From assembly GCA_000025185.1 (NCBI GenBank), contig CP001848.1, forward strand, positions 2,490,001-2,522,000: a stretch of 32,000 bases of DNA. Reading direction: 5' to 3'. Under the pieces are notes generated by a model that was given only the letters and a program-made list of their open reading frames with translations, ran no database searches and was not told the origin of the DNA. This document shows, piece by piece, positions 25,802 to 32,000 of the stretch (within the stretch, counting starts at the first letter, position 1; every line of letters starts with the position of its first letter). The stretch is from Pirellula staleyi DSM 6068. Its GTDB lineage: Bacteria > Planctomycetota > Planctomycetia > Pirellulales > Pirellulaceae. The position numbers and the translations under genes were made by a program.

Positions 25802-26310
25802 CTGGTTTTCTCACAACAGCTTGCGCTTAATTGCTATGTTTTGTGTGGAATTTGACTAAGCAGGGAACAGAGCGAAAATAGAGGGTCTGGACCGGCTTTT
25901 GCATCCACTTGCCCAGGTCAGGCGAAATCGGCCGCAAAAGAGCCTTCCAAAGCTCCCCCAGGCAGGTTTCGCGAGACCTCAGTACAACGCCCGCGATGGG
26001 GAGGTGTCAACCGTCCCTCGGATCCCGGCGCTGCTGAGCCCCTTAAGCCGAACCGCAGAAGCCGCAAATGTCGGCCAAACGCATGACTCGGTTGCAGGGG
26101 ACCTGTAAGGTGAATGGATCGGCCAGCGGCCCATCGGCGGGGTGGTGAACCCACCACTTCCCTCAGATTGGCAGCAGTTGGCCTGCATGGCGAGATCGCT
26201 CGACTGGTGACCGGAACCACGAGTCGCGCGGATGACCTTCGTCGTGATGATGCCCCCGCAGCATCGCACGGACGATGTGGCTGGAATACGAGAAGAGCAC
26301 TCTTTACTAG

Positions 26311-29300
26311 ATGACAACGATGATCCACCGACTACTCTCCGCCGGAAGTCTGTTTGGAAAAGTACGCCAGCTCTGGAAGCGTCGCCGCGACTTGGATCGT
26401 CGGCGGACCGCTTCGACTCGTACCCTTTCCGGTGGTCTGGTCGAACGGCTTGAAGACCGCTCGATGATGGCGATTGACGTCGGGAACCAATTGCCGGTTC
26501 CTGATCTCGACAACAGCGTGTCGTACTACGCCGACTATTCGATGGTGGGGAGCAATGTCGCCGGGGGAGATTCGGCTGAAGGAGAAGCTGGTTCCGACGC
26601 CGCTGAAGGTGAGCCCGCCAATAACCTTGTGCAGTTTGCCAAAAATCTCGCCGCTGCTGGCGTGAAGTTCTACGGCGCTGCCTGGAATGCCGACACCACA
26701 GCTCAGCGCAACTTGTTTGGCGATGGTGGCCAGTTCTTGCCCTTCATCGAAGTGACGAACAACGATCGCAGCGTCAACTCCGTTGCGACCACCAATAACA
26801 TCACCGTCTATCCAACGTGGGTATTTCCAGACAACTCGCGTCTCGAAGGGATTGCTTCGCTCGAAACGCTCGCCACACGCAGCGGTGTTGCGATTCCACA
26901 ATCCGAGAATCCGACGTTCGCCAACATCGGCACACAGAACCTGCTCGGTGGCTCACCCCTATGGGTTGGCATCGATGGCTATGATCCCAACGGCGGCGCA
27001 CTCACCTACACCGTCACGAGCGACAACCCTCTCGTCACCGCTTCGATCAGCCCCAGCACCAATCGCAGCGTAGCGATGAACGTGCAAGGCTTCGGCACGA
27101 TGGTTTTCCAGCTGTTCGATCACCTTGCCCCACGTGCCACGAATCGCATCGCTGAACTCGCGAATGCCGGATTCTACAACGACACCGCCACCAACACGGT
27201 CGGTTTCCACCGCATCACCCGTCAGTCGTCCCTCACCGTCATCCAAGGTGGTGATCCCCTCGGCAACGGCACCGGTGGTTCGAACCTGCCCGACTTCGAC
27301 GATCAATTCAACTTCGATTTGCAGCACAACTCGGCTGGCCTGCTCTCGATGGCCAAGAGCTCCGACGACACCAACAACTCACAGTTCTTTGTGCTCGGCG
27401 CATCGGCTCGCCACCTCGACTTTAATCACACCGTCTTCGGCATGCTGACCGAAGGGGACGCCGTTCGCGCTGCCATCAACGCCGCAGCCACCAACACCAG
27501 CGACGCCCCACTCGTTCCCATCATTTTCGACACCGTCCAGATCATTAACGACACGGAAAACGCCGTCCTCAACCTGAAGGCTGCTGAAGGTGCGACAGGG
27601 AGTGCCAACGTCACCGTCACGGTCACCGATGCCCAGGGCAATTCGTACCAGCAAACCTTTGCGGTGAATGTCACCCCCGACACCATCAATGGCGGTCCGT
27701 TCCTGTCGGAAATCGATACCGTTCGCACCACCACCGGCACCAACGCGACATTGCAACTCGTCGGCAACGATGTGGAAGGGAACGCCCTCTACTTCGACGC
27801 CGTGAAGCCTTCCGACGAGACGGTCAACTACACGGTGACCGTCAACAACGACACCGGCTTGGTCACCATTACTCCCCCCTCCGGTTTTGTGGGGAGCTTT
27901 GAAGTGCTGGTGGGTGTCCGCGCCGCTGCGGGCTCGAATACCAGCGACGCTTTCGACACGCAGCGTGTGACGGTGGAAGTGGCTCCCGTCGCTCCGGCAC
28001 TTCCCGACCTTGCGGATGCTTCCGATAGCGGCGTTTCCAACACCGACAACATCACGAACACCGCTTCGCACACGTTCACCATCGGAGGCGTCACCAGTGG
28101 TGCCGTCGTCAAGCTCTATCGCGGCAGCACCTTGCTCGGCCAAGCCACGGCCAGCGGCACCAGCGTACAAATCACCACGACAAACCTCGCCTCGTTTGCC
28201 GATGGAGTGCAATCGATCACCGCCACGCAAACCGTCGGCGGTGTCGAGAGCGTAGCATCCGCTGTGCTGAGCGTGACGCTCGATCGCTTGGCTCCTGTGG
28301 CCCTGACGTCGACCGCTCCCACCGCTGCGGAAGTCGGAATCAATCTGAACTACAACGCTCAGCATCCCGATGAATCGACAACGGGCTTTCGCTATTCGCT
28401 CACGACTCCTCCCACCGGCGCCACCATCGATGCCGTGACCGGCGTTGTCTCGTGGGTCCCCACCGCCGACCAAGTCGGCACGCGTAGTTTCGGCGTTGTT
28501 GCCACCGATGCTGCCGGTAACATTCGGACACAGTCGGTCACCGTCAGTGTCACGCAGCCTGTCGTGCAGTTGGTCGATGTGATCTTGCGAGTGGTCGACG
28601 CCAACGGCAATGAGATCACCAGCATCGCCAACGGTGGCACGTTCTTCTTGCAGATGGTGGTCAAGGATTTGCGGCCAGGTGGTAGCGATGCTGGCGTCTT
28701 CTCGGCCTATGCCGATGTGGTGTGGAATGCCGCGAAGGCTAACGCCACAGGCTCGCTCGTCTATGGATCGTCGTATACCTCGGCTCGCAGCGGCGTGGTT
28801 TCCGCTGGCTTGATCGACGAAGTTGGCGGCACTGCAAGTCTCTCCCCTCTGGGGCCAGGCGAGTTCGAGCTCTTCAAAATCCAGATGCAGGCCACTCAGT
28901 CCGGCACTATTACGTTCAGCTCAAACCCAGCGGACAATAACTCGGCCCGACCTGTGTTGCTCTACAACTTGTCCGACGATCAATTGACCGATCAGACCCG
29001 CTATGGCTCGGTTTCGCTGAATGTCGATCTGCCGTTTGATGCGGTTAACGACACGTTCAATGTCAACGAAGACTCGAACAACTTCACGCTTAATCCCCTG
29101 CAAAACGACACGATTGTGTCGGGCAGCGGCAGCGTGCTGACGATCGATTCGGTCGGCACCACCTCCAGTGGCGGCACCGTGACGGTGGCGGGTAACGGAC
29201 TCTCGCTCCTCTATACACCTGCTGCGAATTTCGTCGGCACTGAGACCTTCACCTACACCGTGAAGAATCAAAATGGCGACACCGACACTGCGACCATCAC

Positions 29301-31539
29301 GGTGCAGGTGGCCAATGTCAACGATCCACCGGTCGCGACGAACGATACCTTCACGGTCGCTGAAAACTCGGCAAACACCACACTCGATGTTCTCGGCAAC
29401 GATCTGCAAACCCCCGATACCGGCGAAACTCTTCGCGTGCAGAGTGTGTCGGCTGGTTCCAACGGCGGCACATTGTCGATCGGCGGTTCAGGTTCGCACG
29501 TGGTCTATCGTCCTGCCAACGGCTACATCGGTACCGAGACCTTCACCTACGTGGTGAGCGACGGTAATGGTGGAACGGCCACAGGGACCGTGACGGTGAA
29601 CGTCACCAATGCCAACGACAATCCTGTTGCTGTGACCGATCAAGTGACCGTGGCCGAAGATAGCGACATCACGCTCATCAACGTGCTGGCCAACGATACC
29701 ACCGGCAACGACACCGGCGAAACGCTCACTGTCACTGCGGTTGGAGTCGGTTCGAAAGGTGGCACCATCACCATCGTCTCGGGTGGTACCGGTGTGAACT
29801 ACAAACCGGCTGCCAACTTCCAAGGTTCGGAAACGTTCACCTACACCATCAGCGACGGCAATGGCGGCGTGGCTTCGGGAACGGTGATCGTCACCGTCAC
29901 GAACTCGAACGATAACCCCACCGCTGTGGCCGATGCAGTGCAAGGTTTCAAGAACACCACCAGCGAGTTCAACCCGCTGGCCAACGATACTTCGGCACCC
30001 GATCCTACGGAAACCCTCACGATCACCACCGTGACGCAAGGGACCGCTGGCGGTACGGTCGCGATCACGCAAAACGGCACACGGGTGAACTACACTCCTG
30101 CGTCGAACTTCAGTGGCACCGACACCTTCACCTACACCATCAGCGATGGCAACGGTGGTACGGCAACGCAAACAGTCACGGTCAATGTCCTCGAGTTCAT
30201 CCCGAGCCAGTTGCGTGGCTATGTCTACTTCGATTCGAACAACACTGGTGTTCGCGAAGAAGGTGAATCGCCAATCTCGGGCATTACGATCACCCTGACA
30301 GGAACGGCCACTGGTGGCACCGCTGTCAACCGCACCACAACGACCTCGACGACCGGTTTCTATGAGTTCACGAACCTGGCACCAGGCACCTACACCATCA
30401 CCCAAACGCAGCCTGCGTTTTTGCTCGATGGTCGTGAGCAGATCGGATCGCAAGGTGGAACGAGCACGGTCAACGACAAAATCGTGATCAACCTGGCTCA
30501 GAACACGAATGGTCAGAACAACAACTTCGGCGAACTCGGTCTGCAGGTTCAGCATCGCACGATCAACGACCTGTTTGGTTCGAGCTTCCGCACCAATGCA
30601 GTCGCTTCGGTCAGCACGACCGCTGGCAGCAGCTTCTTTGCTCCTCGCGGAACCGCTTGGGCAGGCTATACCAACGGAACGGCTGAACTTGTCAACAACA
30701 GCACGCAGCTGCGACTGACGATCACTAATCCAGCTGGTCAGCGGGTGCAAACCACACTGGCAATCACCGACAAGCGGCTGACCCTCCTCGCCTCGCAAAC
30801 CGGCGGCAAGCTGTTCCGCATCAATGCGTTGCCCACCTCGCTCGGCTTCACGGTGGTCACCACCAGCACAGCTAACACCAGCGGCGGTGAAGGTGAACCA
30901 GCAGAAGGGGAATACACGCCAAATGCATCGGCGATGGCAGTCCCCTCGATGGATGATGCCGAAGGGGAGCCGACTTCGAGCGACGACGATGCTTTGGTGC
31001 AAGCCACTTCGGTGGTCGAGGAAGAAGGGAACCTCGCTGATGACTCGCTCATCTATGCTACGAGCGGGGCCCCCGAGAGCAGCAGCACACTCTCGGCCAT
31101 TGGGGAGTTCAACACGCCTATCGTGTCGGCCCTCGATGTAGGCGAAGGAGAACCCGCCGCGATTGTGAGTGCAGCTTCGCGGAGCATCAGCAGCCAGCCG
31201 AGCAGCACGACTCTCGCAAGTCTCAATCCACTGCTGACAATCGAAGTGGGCTACAGTGCCTCGCTCGAACCATCGGCCGCGCCACTGCGGGGCTCGATCC
31301 TCGAAGATTTGCTCGACAATGACGACGATAGTGCAAGCGGCTCATCGGCCGGTTCACTGCCGGGTGCTTCGGTCGAAGAATCGTCGAAGTTGATCGACGA
31401 GGCATTCTACGAAAGTGAAAAGGACGAGCTCGATTGGTCGCTCGACCTGTGGGAGGAAGAACTCGCTAGTGACGATGATTACGAGGCGGCTCTCGCCATC
31501 GTGTTGCTCGAACTAGCTCAAGAACTCGCGGCGATCTAA
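26311..31539 (+). CDS. Giant (1742 aa) secreted adhesin-like protein: N-terminal LE-R---A motif, cyclophilin-type PPIase domain, multiple Ig/cadherin-like domains, 4 tandem ~98-aa repeats, SdrD-B/Cna-B-like domain, acidic low-complexity tail
   Basis: Cyclophilin motifs lie at about nt 27070..27490: GTMVFQLFDHLAPRATNRI, FHRITRQSSLTVIQGGDPLGNGTGGS, GLLSMAKSSDDTNNSQFFV, HTVFGML. Dystroglycan/cadherin-like 'putative Ig' module: YSLTTPPTGATIDAVTGVVSWVPTADQVG (about 28390..28520). Big-like module: SDSGVSNTDNITN... . Tandem repeats: 29038..30213. SdrD-B-like module: LRGYVYFDSNNTGVREEGESPISGITITLTG...GFYEFTNLAPGTYTITQ (about 30210..30470). Confidence 0.9.
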   Translation: MTTMIHRLLSAGSLFGKVRQLWKRRRDLDRRRTASTRTLSGGLVERLEDRSMMAIDVGNQLPVPDLDNSVSYYADYSMVGSNVAGGDSAEGEAGSDAAEGEPANNLVQFAKNLAAAGVKFYGAAWNADTTAQRNLFGDGGQFLPFIEVTNNDRSVNSVATTNNITVYPTWVFPDNSRLEGIASLETLATRSGVAIPQSENPTFANIGTQNLLGGSPLWVGIDGYDPNGGALTYTVTSDNPLVTASISPSTNRSVAMNVQGFGTMVFQLFDHLAPRATNRIAELANAGFYNDTATNTVGFHRITRQSSLTVIQGGDPLGNGTGGSNLPDFDDQFNFDLQHNSAGLLSMAKSSDDTNNSQFFVLGASARHLDFNHTVFGMLTEGDAVRAAINAAATNTSDAPLVPIIFDTVQIINDTENAVLNLKAAEGATGSANVTVTVTDAQGNSYQQTFAVNVTPDTINGGPFLSEIDTVRTTTGTNATLQLVGNDVEGNALYFDAVKPSDETVNYTVTVNNDTGLVTITPPSGFVGSFEVLVGVRAAAGSNTSDAFDTQRVTVEVAPVAPALPDLADASDSGVSNTDNITNTASHTFTIGGVTSGAVVKLYRGSTLLGQATASGTSVQITTTNLASFADGVQSITATQTVGGVESVASAVLSVTLDRLAPVALTSTAPTAAEVGINLNYNAQHPDESTTGFRYSLTTPPTGATIDAVTGVVSWVPTADQVGTRSFGVVATDAAGNIRTQSVTVSVTQPVVQLVDVILRVVDANGNEITSIANGGTFFLQMVVKDLRPGGSDAGVFSAYADVVWNAAKANATGSLVYGSSYTSARSGVVSAGLIDEVGGTASLSPLGPGEFELFKIQMQATQSGTITFSSNPADNNSARPVLLYNLSDDQLTDQTRYGSVSLNVDLPFDAVNDTFNVNEDSNNFTLNPLQNDTIVSGSGSVLTIDSVGTTSSGGTVTVAGNGLSLLYTPAANFVGTETFTYTVKNQNGDTDTATITVQVANVNDPPVATNDTFTVAENSANTTLDVLGNDLQTPDTGETLRVQSVSAGSNGGTLSIGGSGSHVVYRPANGYIGTETFTYVVSDGNGGTATGTVTVNVTNANDNPVAVTDQVTVAEDSDITLINVLANDTTGNDTGETLTVTAVGVGSKGGTITIVSGGTGVNYKPAANFQGSETFTYTISDGNGGVASGTVIVTVTNSNDNPTAVADAVQGFKNTTSEFNPLANDTSAPDPTETLTITTVTQGTAGGTVAITQNGTRVNYTPASNFSGTDTFTYTISDGNGGTATQTVTVNVLEFIPSQLRGYVYFDSNNTGVREEGESPISGITITLTGTATGGTAVNRTTTTSTTGFYEFTNLAPGTYTITQTQPAFLLDGREQIGSQGGTSTVNDKIVINLAQNTNGQNNNFGELGLQVQHRTINDLFGSSFRTNAVASVSTTAGSSFFAPRGTAWAGYTNGTAELVNNSTQLRLTITNPAGQRVQTTLAITDKRLTLLASQTGGKLFRINALPTSLGFTVVTTSTANTSGGEGEPAEGEYTPNASAMAVPSMDDAEGEPTSSDDDALVQATSVVEEEGNLADDSLIYATSGAPESSSTLSAIGEFNTPIVSALDVGEGEPAAIVSAASRSISSQPSSTTLASLNPLLTIEVGYSASLEPSAAPLRGSILEDLLDNDDDSASGSSAGSLPGASVEESSKLIDEAFYESEKDELDWSLDLWEEELASDDDYEAALAIVLLELAQELAAI
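29038..30213 (+). repeat. Four in-frame tandem repeats, exact 294-nt (98-aa) period ('tandem-95'/cadherin-like VCBS-type units) inside the giant gene
   Basis: The anchor codons (N/T/A)D of the unit motif x-V-A-x-(N/T/A)-D-x-(F/V)-x-V-x-E-(D/N)S fall at 29047, 29341, 29635 and 29929, exactly 294 nt apart. Each unit ends (T/S)ETFTYT(V/I)(S/K)DGNGG(T/V)A(T/S)GTVTVNVTNxNDxP. The end coordinate is approximate. Confidence 0.85.
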
Positions 31540-31565
31540 GTCGCTCCGCACGGTTAGTCGCCCCT

Positions 31566-31625
31566 AAAAAATACGAAAGCGGCCGCTGGCAAGTTATTGA
31601 TTTGCCAGCGGCCGCTTTTTGTTTC
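31566..31625. terminator. Bidirectional intrinsic terminator between the giant gene (+) and the converging beta-barrel gene (-)
   Basis: Perfect 17-bp stem: aaagcggccgctggcaa (31576-31592) pairs with ttgccagcggccgcttt (31602-31618), with a 9-nt loop gttattgat. An A-run (31566-31571) lies upstream and a T-run tttttgttt downstream, so both strands read as hairpin plus U-tract. Confidence 0.8.
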
Positions 31626-31663
31626 AGCCGATTTTTATAAGCGGTGCCTTTGGGCAACTCGCA

Positions 31664-32000
31664 TTAGAAATCGTAGGTCACTCCGAGATTCAAACCTTGC
31701 AGCCAGAAGGCCGAGGTTTCGAATTCGAATTCAGGACGAGTGTCGTTGGCAGTGTCGAGGAACGGATCAATTTGATCGTCGGCTCGCACAACGCTCGAGA
31801 AGAACATGAAGTTGTAGGCGATCGACAGTTGCGTGTTCTTGCAGATGTTATAGCCCAGCGACAGGTTGACTTCAGGAACGGCACAGAAGTCGGTTTGCGA
31901 GTACGATCCGCTGTTGCTCCCTTGAGCAAACAGGCCGGTATCGGTTCGCTGCTGATTGCCAGCGACATCGGTGAAGACCGACGATCCATTGATGCCAACG
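31664..32000 (-). CDS. Outer-membrane beta-barrel protein, C-terminal part (BBP7-like; 5' end outside window)
   Basis: Hand translation of the minus frame ending at TAA 31666..31664: ...VGINGSSVFTDVAGNQQRTDTGLFAQGSNSGSYSQTDFCAVPEVNLSLGYNICKNTQLSIAYNFMFFSSVVRADDQIDPFLDTANDTRPEFEFETSAFWLQGLNLGVTYDF*. It shows alternating beta-strand patterns and a terminal aromatic F. The track ORF 31690..31998 is a different, implausible frame. Confidence 0.7.
   Translation of the reverse strand, partial: VGINGSSVFTDVAGNQQRTDTGLFAQGSNSGSYSQTDFCAVPEVNLSLGYNICKNTQLSIAYNFMFFSSVVRADDQIDPFLDTANDTRPEFEFETSAFWLQGLNLGVTYDF

Noticed and set aside
26040-26300. Possible cobalamin-type or other riboswitch in the leader of the giant gene (ggtggtgaaccc, gccagcggcc elements)
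   Set aside because: I could not find the B12 box or any other full consensus core, and the downstream gene has no link to cofactor metabolism. The resemblance is limited to short GC-rich strings.
29038-30213. Regularly spaced repeats as a CRISPR-like array
   Set aside because: The period is 294 bp. The repeats are in frame within a continuous ORF and encode Ig/cadherin-like units. There is no short-repeat/spacer organisation.
27379-31002. Minus-strand ORFs of 364 aa (27379..28473) and 504 aa (29488..31002)
   Set aside because: Both are antisense to the giant gene. Their apparent internal periodicity simply reflects the sense-strand repeats. Their G/R/D/V-rich composition is typical of shadows of T/V/N/D-rich Ig-repeat coding sequence.
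31690-31998. Track ORF MASMDRRSSPMS... on the minus strand
   Set aside because: This is the wrong frame. The adjacent minus frame ending at TAA 31666..31664 gives a textbook beta-barrel C-terminus (...GLNLGVTYDF).

Overview
High-GC window (roughly 55-60% by eye). The gene content looks planctomycetal, probably Pirellulales-like. That inference rests on DUF1501, a ThuA/PVC-type CxxCH heme fusion, SHD1-repeat exported proteins, a BBP7-like beta-barrel C-terminus, and a giant surface protein with an N-terminal LE-R---A motif. I support 17 protein-coding genes, one tRNA-Leu(UAG), two hairpin terminators and one intragenic 4 x 294-bp tandem repeat. Two genes are cut by the window edges; the one at 1..1574 is missing from the supplied ORF track because it has no stop codon in the window. 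I saw no rRNA, CRISPR, transposase, integrase or phage genes. Layout, left to right: 1..3248 holds tandem paralogous SHD1 / Pro-rich / Cys4 / TM proteins (-), followed by tRNA-Leu (+). 3749..6168 holds a DotU(TssL)-like gene and a degenerate IcmF(TssM)-like gene (-), with no other T6SS genes nearby. Next come DUF1501 and a DUF606 transporter (-), then a 1458-aa ThuA-discoidin-propeller-HEAT-cytochrome c fusion (+), then Dabb and Maf (-) and an HDAC-like gene (+). A co-directional minus-strand array follows: DUF2760, an Hsp70-like gene (TTG start), a long Hsp70-like gene (GTG start, 3-nt gap), an RmlD-like SDR with a broken catalytic triad, and HrpA. The window ends with a 1742-aa adhesin-like protein carrying an embedded cyclophilin domain (+) and a converging beta-barrel gene (-). 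The best candidates for an undescribed system are the DUF2760 / twin atypical Hsp70 module (with its pseudo-reductase and HrpA neighbours) and the orphan DotU/IcmF-like pair. All homology statements come from motif recognition by eye, not from database searches.
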